A DNA stretch of 64,000 bases from Alphaproteobacteria bacterium UBA830 (GTDB lineage Bacteria; Pseudomonadota; Alphaproteobacteria; MPNO01; UBA830). A model generated the notes under the pieces. It was not told the DNA's origin and ran no database searches. It saw only the letters and a program-made list of their open reading frames with translations. Of the stretch, positions 47,205-58,490 are shown in pieces. The translations under genes were made by a program, and so were the position numbers. The stretch spans positions 13,655 through 77,654 of the forward strand of contig CAJIYX010000005.1 in assembly GCA_905181725.1 (NCBI GenBank), read 5' to 3'. Positions within the stretch are counted from its first letter, which is position 1. Each line of letters begins with the position of its first letter.

Positions 47205-48014
47205 ATGGGTCTCTTCAACAAACTTTCCACTACCGTCTCGGCAGCGGTTGTTGCCGTCAGGCTTGCGATTTCCGCACCGGCCGCCAATGCCGGCGTGATC
47301 CAGCTCGGCTTCATCATGGACAGTTCTGGCAGCATCGGCTCCAGCAACTGGAACACGATCAAGGGTGCCCTCGCCAATGCGGTGAATACGCTGGTCCCGA
47401 CCAACGGTGCCTATGAAAACACCGTGGTGAACTTTTCGAATACGACGACCGCGGCGGTTAATCACGTTCTGATTGACAGCGTTGCCGCGCGGACATCCGC
47501 GGCGAATGCGATCAACGCGATGGCCTTTATCGGCAACACGACAAACATGGCGGCGGCCTTTAGTGCCATGACGTTAGCGCTGACCATCTCGCCCCAACTG
47601 TCGCCGGTCGCAACCTATGAGGGGAAGATCGTCGGCTAGAACATCGTCAATGGTCCGTCCGCGACGGCGGATTATTCGGTGTTGCCGAGCAGTGTGTACA
47701 CGATCCCCGCCTATAGCAGCGTCGGGCCGACCGAAGAAGAAGCGCGGGAGGCGGTCCCGAACCTGCGGGTCTCCGCAAACGATATGGCCGGCTGGTTCAG
47801 CGCCAAGTCCTATGCGGAGACCGCGGCCTGGTCCAAGATTCCCATCGACGAGGACACCGACCACATCGTCGGCGCCCATATAATCGGCCATCACGGCGAG
47901 GATCTGATCAATCTGTTTGTCCTGGCGATGAAAAACGGCATCACGGCATCGGTGCTGAAAGACACGATCTTCGCCTATCCGACGTTCTCATCGGATGTGA
48001 AAAACATGTTCTGA
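47205..48014 (+). pseudogene. chimeric ORF: secreted VWA-domain N-terminal half fused in frame to the C-terminal dimerisation domain of a pyridine-nucleotide-disulfide oxidoreductase, with in-frame TAG
   Basis: Signal peptide plus MIDAS DSSGS (FIMDSSGSIG). Around 47590 the sequence switches to ...PQLSPVATYEGKIVG-TAG(47637-39)-NIVNGPSATADYSVLPSSVYTIPAYSSVGPTEEEA...GAHIIGHHGEDLINLF...YPTFSSDVKNMF*. This is the C-terminal third of a glutathione-reductase-family flavoprotein. ORFs 47205-47639 and 47679-48014 share one frame. Confidence 0.65.
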
Positions 48015-48048
48015 CATGCGGTGATAAAAACTTCCCAATACCGACGGA

Positions 48049-49680
48049 TCAGGTGCCGATGGTGTCGGTCTTGACCGCCTTGATGTTGAAGGCCGCGGCC
48101 ATCAGGGCCTTGGTATATTCCTCGGCGGGCTGATCGAATATCCGGTCCGCCGGTCCCTGTTCGACGACCTTGCCGTCCTTCATCACGATCAGTTCGTCGG
48201 CAAGTGCGCGGACGACTTTCAGGTCATGGCTGATAAACAGATAGGCAAGATCGTGTTTGTCCTGCAGGTCGCGCAGCAGGTCGACGATCTGGGCCTGCAC
48301 CGACATGTCGAGCGCCGATGTCGGCTCGTCCAGCACGATAAATTGCGGTTTGAGCACGATGGCGCGGGCAATGGCGATGCGCTGGCGCTGGCCACCGGAA
48401 AACTCATGGGGATAGCGGTCCTGCGCGTCCGCCGGCAGGCCGACCTCGTCCAGTGCCTCGGCTATCGCGGCGCGGCGTCCCTCGTAGGTATTGGCCGCAA
48501 GGTTATGCAGGCGCAGCCCTTCCTCGATGATCTGGCCGACCGACATGCGCGGCGACAGCGACGAGAACGGATCCTGAAACACGACCTGCATCTGTTTGCG
48601 CAAGGGGCGCATCTCCCTGGCACTGAAGCCGTCGATGCGCGTGCCGCTGAAGGTGATCGGCCCCTCGCTGATCTCGAGCCGCAGCAGGCCCATCGCAAGT
48701 GTCGTCTTGCCCGATCCGGATTCGCCGACCACGCCGACCGTGTGGCCTTCGCGCACGACGAGATCGACGCCGTCGACCGCTTTTACATGGCCGACCGTGC
48801 GCCGCAGGATGCCCTTTTTGATCGGGAACCAGACCCGCAGGTTGTCGGCTTCGATCACCGGTTTCGCGTCGACGCGCGCGGGCAGGGGATTGCCCTTGGG
48901 CTCCGCCGCCAGCAGGTGTTTGGTGTAATCGTGCTGCGGCGTCTCAAACAGTTTCTCGGTCTCGGCGACCTCGACCAGCTCGCCGCCCTGCATCACGCAG
49001 ACCCGGTGCGCGACCTTGCGCACGATGACCAGATCGTGGGTGATCAGCAGGATCGACATACCGCGCCTGGCCTGGATATCACGCAGCAGGGCGAGAATCT
49101 GTGCCTGGATGGTCACATCGAGCGCGGTGGTCGGCTCGTCCGCGATCAGCAGGTCAGGATCGTTCGCCAGCGCCATCGCAATCATCACGCGCTGGCGCTG
49201 GCCACCGGATAACTGGTGCGGATAGGCCGACAGGCGGTCCTCGACATCGGGCAGGCCGACCTCGCTCAGCAGTTCGATGACGCGCGCGCGGGCAGCGTCC
49301 TTATCCATCTTCTTGTGGATGAACAGGATCTCGCTCAGCTGCTTTTCGATGGAGTGCAGCGGGTTAAGCGATGTCAGCGGTTCCTGAAAAATAATGGCGA
49401 TCCGGTTGCCGCGGATTTTCTGCATCTTCTCGGGTGGGGCGCCCACGATCTCCCCGCCCGCCAGCATGATGGAGCCCGATGGGTGATGCGCCGTCGGATA
49501 GGGTAGAAGCTGCAGGATAGACAGCGCGGTCACCGACTTTCCCGAGCCGGATTCGCCGACCAGCGCCAGCGTCTCGCCGCGCGCAATTTCGAACGACACG
49601 TTTCTGACCGCACGGGTTTCGTTCTCGCCGCGGCCGAACGACACCGACAGGTCGGAAATTTTGATCAGGGGTTCAGTCAT
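48049..49680 (-). CDS. yejF: ABC transporter ATP-binding protein, duplicated ATPase (YejF-type)
   Basis: Trimmed to the ATG at 49678-49680 ([15 protein letters not shown]). It has two Walker A sites ([16 protein letters not shown]) and two LSGGQRQR signatures. Confidence 0.9.
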   Translation of the reverse strand: MTEPLIKISDLSVSFGRGENETRAVRNVSFEIARGETLALVGESGSGKSVTALSILQLLPYPTAHHPSGSIMLAGGEIVGAPPEKMQKIRGNRIAIIFQEPLTSLNPLHSIEKQLSEILFIHKKMDKDAARARVIELLSEVGLPDVEDRLSAYPHQLSGGQRQRVMIAMALANDPDLLIADEPTTALDVTIQAQILALLRDIQARRGMSILLITHDLVIVRKVAHRVCVMQGGELVEVAETEKLFETPQHDYTKHLLAAEPKGNPLPARVDAKPVIEADNLRVWFPIKKGILRRTVGHVKAVDGVDLVVREGHTVGVVGESGSGKTTLAMGLLRLEISEGPITFSGTRIDGFSAREMRPLRKQMQVVFQDPFSSLSPRMSVGQIIEEGLRLHNLAANTYEGRRAAIAEALDEVGLPADAQDRYPHEFSGGQRQRIAIARAIVLKPQFIVLDEPTSALDMSVQAQIVDLLRDLQDKHDLAYLFISHDLKVVRALADELIVMKDGKVVEQGPADRIFDQPAEEYTKALMAAAFNIKAVKTDTIGT

Positions 49681-49687
49681 TGTCCGG

Positions 49688-50791
49688 CTATTCCCCGAAT
49701 GTCTTTCTGGGATCGAACGCGTCGCGCACCGCTTCGCCGACAAAGATCAAAAGGATCAGGGTCATCGAGATACTGATGGTCGATGTCAGGCCGAGCCACG
49801 GCGCCTGCAGGTTCGACTTGCCCTGCTGGAGCAGCTCACCCAGCGACGGCGAGCCCGGCGGCAGGCCAAGGCCGAGGAAATCGAGCGCGGTCAGGCTGGT
49901 GATCGAACCGGTCAGGATCAGCGGCAGGAAGGTCAGCGTCGCGACCATCGCATTGGGCAGCACGTGGCGGAACATGATGGTCACATTGCCGACGCCGAGC
50001 GCGCGTGCCGCTTTGACGAACTCGAAATTACGTGCGCGCAGGAACTCGGCGCGCACCACGCCGACGAGCGATGTCCAGCCAAACAACAACAGGATCAGCA
50101 GCAGCGTCCAGAACCCGGGGATAATCACGCTGGATAGGATGATCAGGATGTAGAGCTGGGGCAGCCCTCCCCAGATTTCGATAAAGCGCTGGGCGATAAG
50201 ATCCAGCCAGCCGCCGAAATAACCCTGGAACGCGCCGGCGACGATCCCGATGATCGACCCGATGATGGTCAGGATAAGTCCGAACAGCACCGATATCCGG
50301 AACCCGTAAATCACCCGCGCCACCACGTCTCGGCCCTGGTCGTCGGTGCCGAGCCAGTTATCGCCCGATGGCGGCGCCGGGGCCGGAACTTTGAGGTTCA
50401 GGTTGACGGTATTGTAGCTGTAGCGCACCGCCGGCCACAGGATCCAGCCGCCCTTATCGGTAATCAGCTCCTGTACATCGACTTCGCGGTATTCGGCTTC
50501 GGTCTCAAAGTCTCCCCCGAAGACGGTCTCCGCATAGGTGTTGAGCACCGGGGTATAGAGCGCGCCCTCATACCAGACCGCCAGCGGGCGGTCATTGGCG
50601 ATGAACTCGGCCGGCAGGGTACCGAGAAACAGTACAAGGAACGCCCATAGCGCCCAGCGACCGCGCCGGTTGCGGCGAAAATTCACCAGGCGGCGCGCAT
50701 TCAGCGGCGAAATTCGCAGGCCGAGGAACCGGGGTGGCCCGTCTGTTACCCGCGCCGGTTTCGCTGTGTCCAAGCTAGCCGCCCTAGACAT
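49688..50791 (-). CDS. yejE: ABC transporter permease (YejE-type)
   Basis: The start is set at the ATG at 50789-50791 (MSRAAS...), overlapping the upstream TAG by 8 nt; the ORF-track start at 50803 is TTG. The sequence [18 protein letters not shown] is typical of YejE. Confidence 0.85.
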   Translation of the reverse strand: MSRAASLDTAKPARVTDGPPRFLGLRISPLNARRLVNFRRNRRGRWALWAFLVLFLGTLPAEFIANDRPLAVWYEGALYTPVLNTYAETVFGGDFETEAEYREVDVQELITDKGGWILWPAVRYSYNTVNLNLKVPAPAPPSGDNWLGTDDQGRDVVARVIYGFRISVLFGLILTIIGSIIGIVAGAFQGYFGGWLDLIAQRFIEIWGGLPQLYILIILSSVIIPGFWTLLLILLLFGWTSLVGVVRAEFLRARNFEFVKAARALGVGNVTIMFRHVLPNAMVATLTFLPLILTGSITSLTALDFLGLGLPPGSPSLGELLQQGKSNLQAPWLGLTSTISISMTLILLIFVGEAVRDAFDPRKTFGE

Positions 50792-51893
50792 GACGGCCCT
50801 CAAAATCGATGCGCGGATCGATGATCGTGTACATCAGATCACCCACCAGGTTCATCACCAGACCGAGCAGCGTGAAGAAATAGACGGTCGCGAACATGAT
50901 CGGATAATCGCGCTTGATCGCGGCTTCGAAGCCGAGCAGGCCAAGCCCGTCGAGCGAGAAAATAATCTCGATCAGCATCGCACCGGTAAACAGAATACCG
51001 ATGAACGCGCCGGGGAAACCGGCGATCACGATCAGCATCGCATTGCGGAATACGTGGCCATACATCACGCGGCGCTCGGTCAGGCCCTTGGCGCGCGCGG
51101 TCTGGACGTAGAGCATGTTGATCTGGTCGAGATAGGAATTCTTGGTCAGCATGGTCAGCGACAGGAAACCACCCAGCACCAGCGCCGTTATCGGCAGGAT
51201 CAGATGCCAGAGATAATCAAAAATCTGGCCCACCACCGACAGCTCGTCGAAATTCTCCGATGTCAGCCCGCGGAGCGGGAAGATATCGAAAAAGCTGCCC
51301 CCCGAAAACAAAACGATCAGCAGGATCGCCATTACAAAGGAGGGAACCGCGAACCCGATGGTCAGTATCGTCGTCGTCCACACATCGAACCGTGTGCCGT
51401 CCATCACCGCCTTGCGGATGCCGAGCGGGATACACACCAGATAGACGATCAGCGTGGTCCACAGGCCGAGCGAGATCGAGACCGGCATTTTCGACAGCAC
51501 CAGATCAATCACCGTCTCATCACGGAAAAAGCTGGTACCGAAGTCGAAAACGATGAAGTCGCCCATCATTTTCAGGAACCGTTCATGCAGCGGCTTGTCG
51601 AACCCGAACTGCCGCTCAAGATCCTTGATGAATTCGGGGTCGAGCCCCTGGGCGCCGCGATAGCCGGTATCGGCGGTCGATGCCGATGCCCCGGCGGATG
51701 TCCCGCCGCCCGCTATTTCGCTGCCGCCGCCGCTGATGCGGCCCGTGGTGCCGGCATCAGTGCCGGAGATTTCGGCGATGATCTGTTCGATCGGCCCGCC
51801 CGGCGCCAGCTGCACGATGCCGAAATTGATGACCATGATCCCCAGTAGGGTGGGGATCATCAGGGCAAGCCGGCGGACGATATAAGAAAGCAT
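50784..51893 (-). CDS. yejB: ABC transporter permease (YejB-type)
   Basis: Trimmed to [24 protein letters not shown] (ATG at 51891-51893), after the upstream stop at 51911. Confidence 0.85.
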   Translation of the reverse strand: MLSYIVRRLALMIPTLLGIMVINFGIVQLAPGGPIEQIIAEISGTDAGTTGRISGGGSEIAGGGTSAGASASTADTGYRGAQGLDPEFIKDLERQFGFDKPLHERFLKMMGDFIVFDFGTSFFRDETVIDLVLSKMPVSISLGLWTTLIVYLVCIPLGIRKAVMDGTRFDVWTTTILTIGFAVPSFVMAILLIVLFSGGSFFDIFPLRGLTSENFDELSVVGQIFDYLWHLILPITALVLGGFLSLTMLTKNSYLDQINMLYVQTARAKGLTERRVMYGHVFRNAMLIVIAGFPGAFIGILFTGAMLIEIIFSLDGLGLLGFEAAIKRDYPIMFATVYFFTLLGLVMNLVGDLMYTIIDPRIDFEGRHV

Positions 51894-51910
51894 TCGGTGT
51901 TCTTTTCCCG

Positions 51911-53782
51911 CTACTTCTTGCCGGGGGGCGGCAATGCGCTCGGTGGCAGGGGCGGTGCGATACCGTCCTCGATCATTTTTGCCTTGGCCGCATCGAACCA
52001 CCAGGTGTCGATCACGCCCATAGCGTAACGGGGCGACACTGCGGGTCGGTTGAACTTGTTCCAATAGGCGATGTTATGAGCGCCCTTGTACCACTGCATC
52101 ACCGCATAGCGGTTCCACATGATAACACGGTCCAGCGCGCGCACGGCGGTGGTCAGCGCGGGGCGCGATGTCGCCGTCACGACCTTTTCGATCAGCGCAT
52201 CTACTGCGCTATTCTTGACGCCCCCGACATTGAAAGAGCCCTGCACACCGGAAAATTCCGATCCGAAGTAGTTGCGTTGTTCCAGCCCGGGGGTCAGCGG
52301 CTGAGCAATACGCCGGATAACGATGTCGAAATCGAACGTATCCTGGCGGCGCTTGAAATTGGCAGTATCCACAATGCGGATATAGGCCTGAATGCCGAGC
52401 CGCTTCAGATTATTTATATAGGGGCCGATAATGCGTTTGAAGCTGGCCTCGAAGAGCAGAAATTCGATCTTCAGCGGCGCGCCCGCCGCATCCTTCAGTA
52501 CACCGTCCTCGATCCTGTATCCCGCCTGTTTGAGCAATCGGCTGGCTTTCCGCAGGCTCGACCGCAGCTTGCCGGAGCCGTCCGTCTGCGGAGATGCAAA
52601 GGGCGTGGTGAACACTTCTTCGGGGAGTTCGCCGCGAAACGGTTCCAGCAAGGCAAGTTCGTCTTTCGTCGGCGGTTTTTTGGCCGCCAGCGTTGAATTC
52701 TCGAACATCGAATTGGTGCGCGCATACTGGCTGTAGAACAGTGTCTTGTTGGTCCATTCGAAATCGAAAGCCATGTCGATGGCGGTCCGCACGCGCACAT
52801 CCTGGAATTTCTCGCGCCGCAGATTCAGGATAAATGCCTGCACGCCCGAAGGTGTCTCATCGGGCAGGACTTCGCGGATGACCAGTCCGGCGTTGACCGG
52901 CGGTTTATCGTACTGGGTCGCCCATTGGCGCGACGTGAAGTCTTCGCGAAAGTCGTATTGCTGCGAGAAAAACGCCTGAAACATGACCTCGCGGTCCCGG
53001 TAATAGTCGACCGTGACCGCATCGAAATTGTAGCGCCCGCGGATGACCGGCAGATCCTTCGCCCAATAGTTTTTGACACGGCTATAAGTGATAGACCGTC
53101 CCGGCTCGTATTTTCCGACGCGGTAGGGGCCGCTGGCCAACGGCGCCACGAACGTCGTTTTCTTGAAATCCACCTTGTCGTAATAGGCCTTCGAGAGCAC
53201 CGGCAGGGCCGCAAGCCGGGTTGCCAGATCACGGTGGATGCCCGGCTTGAACGTGAACTTCACGCGGCCCGGCGACGTGGCCTCGGCGCGATCTACGTCA
53301 CGGAAGTTGATTCGGTATCGCGGGTGGCCGTTTTTTTTCAGCGAGTTATACGTGAATACAACATCGCCGGCGGTGATCGATGTGCCGTCGTGAAATTTCG
53401 CGCGGGGATCGATATTGAAGGCAACCCAGCTTTTATCGGCGGGCTGCTCGACGGTTTTCGCAACGAGCCCGTAATAGGCATCAGGTTCGTCGAAGGCCCG
53501 TGCCATCAGCGTGTCGAATAACAGCGATTCGGCCAGAGGTTCTTTCCGGCCTTTCAGGATAAACGGGTTCACGGTCTCGAAAGTATCGAGCCCCGGCACT
53601 TTCAATGCGCCGCCCTTGGGTGCATCCGGGTTGGCGTAGCTGAAGTGGAGAAAGCCGTTGCCATATTTCAGATCGCCAAAAACACTTAGCCCGTGCTTTG
53701 GGTCGGCGTTCTGGGCATTGGCGGTAACAGCGCTTGTCGCGAGCACTGCGTACGCGGCGAGGGACAAAAGGATACGGTTCAT
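51911..53782 (-). CDS. yejA: extracellular solute-binding protein family 5 (YejA-type), copy 1
   Basis: 623 aa with a signal peptide ([23 protein letters not shown]) and family-5 SBP layout. Confidence 0.85.
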   Translation of the reverse strand: MNRILLSLAAYAVLATSAVTANAQNADPKHGLSVFGDLKYGNGFLHFSYANPDAPKGGALKVPGLDTFETVNPFILKGRKEPLAESLLFDTLMARAFDEPDAYYGLVAKTVEQPADKSWVAFNIDPRAKFHDGTSITAGDVVFTYNSLKKNGHPRYRINFRDVDRAEATSPGRVKFTFKPGIHRDLATRLAALPVLSKAYYDKVDFKKTTFVAPLASGPYRVGKYEPGRSITYSRVKNYWAKDLPVIRGRYNFDAVTVDYYRDREVMFQAFFSQQYDFREDFTSRQWATQYDKPPVNAGLVIREVLPDETPSGVQAFILNLRREKFQDVRVRTAIDMAFDFEWTNKTLFYSQYARTNSMFENSTLAAKKPPTKDELALLEPFRGELPEEVFTTPFASPQTDGSGKLRSSLRKASRLLKQAGYRIEDGVLKDAAGAPLKIEFLLFEASFKRIIGPYINNLKRLGIQAYIRIVDTANFKRRQDTFDFDIVIRRIAQPLTPGLEQRNYFGSEFSGVQGSFNVGGVKNSAVDALIEKVVTATSRPALTTAVRALDRVIMWNRYAVMQWYKGAHNIAYWNKFNRPAVSPRYAMGVIDTWWFDAAKAKMIEDGIAPPLPPSALPPPGKK

Positions 53783-53817
53783 TGCGGAGGCATCTTACGC
53801 GCCAGGCGTCTTGCGCG

Positions 53818-55677
53818 TTAAGGCTTTTTGCCGTTCTGCTTGATAGCGGCTTCCTTCGCCGGATTGATCCACCAGCTCATCACGTCGGGACCGTATTTCG
53901 GGTGCTTCGATATGCCGAATTTATCCCAGTATGCGAGGCGCTCGATCCGGACATGCCATTGCGGGATGAGGTAATGGTTCCACTGCAATACACGGTCGAG
54001 CGCGCGGGTAGCGGTGACCAATGATTTCCGGTCAGGCGCGTCGACGATTTTTTCGATCAGCGCGTCCACCGCCGGATTTTTGACGCCGATGGTGTTCCGG
54101 CTTCCCTGCCGGTCGGCCGCGTCCGTGCTCCAATAATCGCGCTGCTCGTTTCCGGGGGATTCGGATTGTCCGGCGCCGCCGACGATCATGTCAAAATCGA
54201 ATGAGCGCGTCCGATTGATGTATTGCGATTGATCGACAGTGCGGATCTTTGCCACAATTCCAAGCCGTTTAAGGTTTTGTGCAAAGGGTGCGACGATGCG
54301 TTCGAACGCGGGGCTGACGAGCAGAATTTCGATCGAAATGGCCTTGCCGGTTTTCGGCGAGATCAGCTTGTTGTTCTCGATTATGTAGCCGCCCTTCTTC
54401 AGCAGCCGCAGTGCCGTGCGCAGGTTTTTGCGAATCTTGCCGGATCCGTCGGTTGCCGGTGGCGTGTAAACCTTCGTGAATACTTCGTCTGGAATTTTGC
54501 CGCGCCACGGTTCCAGTAACGCCAGTTCGTCCTTCGACGGCAGGGCCGTCGCGGCCAGCTCCGAGTTTGAAAAGTAGCTGCTTGTCCGGGCGTATTGTCC
54601 GTAAAACAGGTTTTTGTTCGACCACTCAAAATCGAACGCATAGGCCATTGCGTGGCGCAGCACAGGGTCCTGGAACTGTTTACGACGGATGTTGAAAACA
54701 AAGGCCTGCATGCCCGTCGGCCGCGCATGGCGGACCTCTTCGAGCTTTACCCGTCCGGCTTTGCGCGCTGGAAAATCATAGCCGGTTGCCCAGGTTAGTG
54801 ACGCATTTTCGTTCCGGATGTCGTAGCGGCCCGATTTGAAGGCTTCGAGTGCGACGGTGTGGTCACGATAATAATCGTAGCGTATCCGGTCGAAATTGTT
54901 CTGGCCGATATTGATCGGCAGGTTCGCGCCCCACCAGTCCTTCACCCGGTCGATTTCAACGAACCGGCCCGGCTCGAATGCGCCGATACGATAGGGCCCG
55001 CTGCCCATAGGGCGTTCCAGTGTGGTTTTGGTGAAGTCGCGGGTCGACCACCATTTCTTCGACATCACCGGTAACTGTCCGGTGATATGCGGCAATTCGC
55101 GGTTCGGTGGGCCGGTAAACTCGAACTTCACTTTATGCGGCCCAAGCTTCACTGCCCGCGAGATGTTCTTGTAGTAAAATCGGTAGAACGGTGCGCCGTC
55201 CTTTTTGAGCGTCTCGAATGTCCAGATCACATCATCCGCTGTAACAGGCGAGCCGTCATGAAATCGTGCTTCCGGCCTAAGCGTGAAAGTCGTGTAGGAC
55301 AGGTCGTCCGGCACCTCGACGGAGGCGGCGATGAGCCCGTACTCGGCGGAGATCTCATCCAACGGGGAGGTCATGAGGGTTTCGTATACCTGCCCGATGC
55401 CTCTCGATGGGTTACCCTTGATGGTGTACGAATTGAATGTGTCGAAGGTTCCGGTGGCAAAACGCCGTAGCGTGCCGCCCTTCGGTGCGGTCGGATTTAC
55501 ATGATCAAGATGTTTGAAGTCTGCGGGATATTTCAAATCGTCCAGCAGGGTCAGGCCGTGGCTTATCTTTACACCGGCCTTCACGTTGGGTTTGTCCTGC
55601 GCGACGGCGGGGGTGGCAACGGGCGTGATGGAGAGTGTCAGACCGGCGCAGATCAGCGCCGCGGTCAGGATTTTCAT
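53818..55677 (-). CDS. extracellular solute-binding protein family 5 (YejA-type), copy 2
   Basis: Trimmed to MKILTAALICAGLTLSITPVATPAVA (ATG at 55675-55677). It is clearly a paralog of copy 1 (e.g. YDFREDFTS / [25 protein letters not shown] / FEWSNKNLFYGQYART). Confidence 0.85.
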   Translation of the reverse strand: MKILTAALICAGLTLSITPVATPAVAQDKPNVKAGVKISHGLTLLDDLKYPADFKHLDHVNPTAPKGGTLRRFATGTFDTFNSYTIKGNPSRGIGQVYETLMTSPLDEISAEYGLIAASVEVPDDLSYTTFTLRPEARFHDGSPVTADDVIWTFETLKKDGAPFYRFYYKNISRAVKLGPHKVKFEFTGPPNRELPHITGQLPVMSKKWWSTRDFTKTTLERPMGSGPYRIGAFEPGRFVEIDRVKDWWGANLPINIGQNNFDRIRYDYYRDHTVALEAFKSGRYDIRNENASLTWATGYDFPARKAGRVKLEEVRHARPTGMQAFVFNIRRKQFQDPVLRHAMAYAFDFEWSNKNLFYGQYARTSSYFSNSELAATALPSKDELALLEPWRGKIPDEVFTKVYTPPATDGSGKIRKNLRTALRLLKKGGYIIENNKLISPKTGKAISIEILLVSPAFERIVAPFAQNLKRLGIVAKIRTVDQSQYINRTRSFDFDMIVGGAGQSESPGNEQRDYWSTDAADRQGSRNTIGVKNPAVDALIEKIVDAPDRKSLVTATRALDRVLQWNHYLIPQWHVRIERLAYWDKFGISKHPKYGPDVMSWWINPAKEAAIKQNGKKP

Positions 55678-55769
55678 GGCCTTTGGTCCCTGTTTTAACG
55701 TGCTCTTGAATGTGATGATTCCTGCCGGAATGACAAGTTTTCCCGGGAACAACACGATTAGTTGAGGTG

Positions 55770-56549
55770 TTAGCCGTCTAGAAACGACAGGATTTCCGCG
55801 TGCGTACGGGAATCGCCGCAGGCCAAGATGGTCCCGTCGGACGCGAGTGTAAGCGGATTTCCCTGCCAATCGGTTACCACGCCGCCGGCCGCTTCGACGA
55901 CCGGTGCCAGCGCGCAGAAATCATAGGGCTGCAGGCCGGCTTCCAGCACGACGTCGACGAACCCGGAGGCAATCTGGGCGTAGGTGTAACAATCGCCGCC
56001 ATACACCACGTGTTTTGCGCCCGCCGCGACTTTGCGCCAGCGCGCGTCCTGCCCGGGGCCGAACAGATCGGCCGCCGTTGTCCCGGCAATGGCGTCCGAC
56101 AGAGACGGACAGGCGCGTGTCTTGACCGGGTCGCCATTATAAAATGTGCCCGAACCGGCGGCCCCGATCCAGCGTTCGCCATTCACCGGCTGGTCGATTA
56201 CGCCAAGGATCGGTGTGCCGTTGCGCACCAGCGCGATCAGGGTGCCGAATATCGGCCGTCCGCTGATAAACGATTTCGTGCCGTCAATCGGGTCAATCAC
56301 CCAGACATATTCAGCATCCGTATCCGTGTTGCCGAATTCCTCGCCGATAATGCCGTCGCGCGGTCGTGTATCTGCCAGTATCGCCCGGATGGCCTGCTCG
56401 GCCTCCCGGTCGGCGACGGTGACCGGCGACGCATCGGCCTTGCCGTCGACCTGGATGGGCTGGCGGAAATAGCCACGGATAACAGGTCCGCTGGCGTCTG
56501 CCAGGCGATGGGCAAGATCGATAAAGTTAGGAGGACAGGCGTCAGTCAT
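55770..56549 (-). CDS. inositol monophosphatase family protein (histidinol-phosphatase HisN-like)
   Basis: Motifs PVTVADREAE, WVIDPIDGT and GGDCY. The start is set at the ATG at 56547-56549. Confidence 0.8.
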   Translation of the reverse strand: MTDACPPNFIDLAHRLADASGPVIRGYFRQPIQVDGKADASPVTVADREAEQAIRAILADTRPRDGIIGEEFGNTDTDAEYVWVIDPIDGTKSFISGRPIFGTLIALVRNGTPILGVIDQPVNGERWIGAAGSGTFYNGDPVKTRACPSLSDAIAGTTAADLFGPGQDARWRKVAAGAKHVVYGGDCYTYAQIASGFVDVVLEAGLQPYDFCALAPVVEAAGGVVTDWQGNPLTLASDGTILACGDSRTHAEILSFLDG

Positions 56550-56620
56550 ACGCGCAGTCTGTCGCAAATTGGGGTCGTTTGAAAGGGGATGGTTTGAAAC
56601 GGAATGCGCAGATACAGGCG

Positions 56621-57124
56621 TTAATGCCCGACCTTGTAGCTGAAGGCCGACACGACGCGGTTGACGCGGTGGCCGTCATCGGACAGCGGCAACAGAATGC
56701 TGCGATACAGCACTTCCTGGCCCTTCTTGTTGAAGAACCGTCCGACATCAGCCATCGGTTTTTTGAGATCGACCGACGCACGGCAGAATGACAGGCCCAT
56801 TTCGGTGGAGGATGGAAGCGTGTCGAGCACGGAAAGCCCGGTCGGGTCCCGGCCAAGTGCTGCCCGGACATGTTCGCCGGCGGCGACGACCCTGTCATCA
56901 AGCTCGCTGACGCCTACTTCTATCACCAGGGAATCTTCGGCCCCGAACGGGCAGTCATCCATATCCAGCACAGATGACATTGGCAGTTCACCATCTTTGC
57001 GCACGCTTTCCCAGAACTTAAGCGCTTTTCCCACTAATCTGTTCTCGACACTCGAACGCACGCGCGTCGTCGCCTCAGAAGCCGAATGCTGATGATCCAA
57101 TGTCACCCCCCCTAAAATACGCAT
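56621..57124 (-). CDS. PAS-like domain protein (alphaproteobacterial PAS_5-type hypothetical)
   Basis: 167-aa non-overlapping ORF. The pattern FWESVRKDGELP...YRSILLPLSDDG recalls the small PAS-domain family common in alphaproteobacteria. Confidence 0.5.
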   Translation of the reverse strand: MRILGGVTLDHQHSASEATTRVRSSVENRLVGKALKFWESVRKDGELPMSSVLDMDDCPFGAEDSLVIEVGVSELDDRVVAAGEHVRAALGRDPTGLSVLDTLPSSTEMGLSFCRASVDLKKPMADVGRFFNKKGQEVLYRSILLPLSDDGHRVNRVVSAFSYKVGH

Positions 57125-57233
57125 ACTCTACCTACTACCAATAAGAACCTATTCTGTCCGGGTAGTGGTTTACAAATAGTTAATGCACCCTCGAAAGAGC
57201 CGATGAACCAGCAATTTGGGGTAGTGCGCGGTT

Positions 57234-58283
57234 TTATTTTAACGGTGCGGGGGTATCGGCCAGGGTACGTAGATAGGCGATAACATTGGCCCGGTCGCTG
57301 TCTTTGCGAAGACCGGCAAAGGTCATTTTGGTGCCCTTGGCATAGTCGCGCGGCTTCAGCAGGAACGCGTTCAGATTTTCGTAGGTCCAGGCTGTGCCGG
57401 CCATCGCAATGATGGCTTTTGAGTACTTGAAGCCGTCACGGGCGCCCTTTTTGGCGTTGACGACATTCCACAGGTTCGGACCGATGCCGTTTTTGCCGTC
57501 TTTATTGACGGTATGGCATGACTTGCACTTGTTGAACACGCGCTTGCCCTTATCGAGATCGGCAGCGCCGAACATTTCGGCATTATTGATTATCGGGGCA
57601 GCTGGCGCAGTGGGCGCGGCGCTGGCGGTCTGTGTGACCTCCGCGACGGCAGCCTTGGCCGGCTCGGCGGCGGCTTTCACGGCTTCCATAGCCGCCTGTT
57701 TGGCCGCTTCCAGCGCTTTGGCGGCGGCATCGATTGCGGCCTGTGTGGGCAGCGGGGCAGGCGTGTCGGCCGCTGCGCGCAAATAGGCGATCATGTTTGC
57801 CCGTTCCGATGCCTTTTTCAGCCCGACAAAGGACATCTTGGTACCCGGAATGTAGTCCTTCGGCTTCGCCAGGAAGGCGTTCAGGCTTTCATAGGTCCAC
57901 GAACCTTCTTTTTCGAGCAGGGCGCCGGAATACTTGAATCCCTCATGCGAGCCGCGTTTGGCGTTGACCGTGTTCCACAGCATGGGGCCGATTTTGTTTT
58001 TGCCGTCTTTGGCAAAGTCGTGACAGGCAGCGCATTTCTTCGCGACCTTCTTACCCGCTTCGACATTGGCAGAGGCAAGCATGGCCAATATCGGTTCCAG
58101 CGGTTGCTTGACCTTCGGCTTTTTCACGGCGGCCGTTACGGTTGCGTCGCCCCCATGTCCGCCACCACCACCATGTCCGCCGCCCGTGGTTACCAGATTG
58201 TCGCCGATCTTGCCGATGACCACCAGGGTAAGAACCGCGACCAGAAGTGCACCGACGATCTTGTTAAGCTCGAATGACGACAT
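57234..58283 (-). CDS. membrane-anchored di-haem class I cytochrome c
   Basis: Trimmed to MSSFELNKIVGALLVAVLTLVVIG (ATG at 58281-58283). It has two cytochrome c domains (CAACH, CKSCH) that are internal duplicates, joined by an Ala-rich linker. Confidence 0.85.
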   Translation of the reverse strand: MSSFELNKIVGALLVAVLTLVVIGKIGDNLVTTGGGHGGGGGHGGDATVTAAVKKPKVKQPLEPILAMLASANVEAGKKVAKKCAACHDFAKDGKNKIGPMLWNTVNAKRGSHEGFKYSGALLEKEGSWTYESLNAFLAKPKDYIPGTKMSFVGLKKASERANMIAYLRAAADTPAPLPTQAAIDAAAKALEAAKQAAMEAVKAAAEPAKAAVAEVTQTASAAPTAPAAPIINNAEMFGAADLDKGKRVFNKCKSCHTVNKDGKNGIGPNLWNVVNAKKGARDGFKYSKAIIAMAGTAWTYENLNAFLLKPRDYAKGTKMTFAGLRKDSDRANVIAYLRTLADTPAPLK

Positions 58284-58490
58284 GTCAGAATTCCGTTGGA
58301 GTGTGAAAAGTTGCAACCGATTGAACCGGCAGCACAAATTAACTGTTACGTACGAGTCTGTCTAATTTCCCCGACTTTCCGTGTCACGAATACGGCATTC
58401 CCGCCAGCGAACAAGGGGTATAATGTCGCACCTGCTTGCCTGTCCGGTGTCCGGAATGCATCAAAACACCAAGAGAATGCGCCCAAACTT

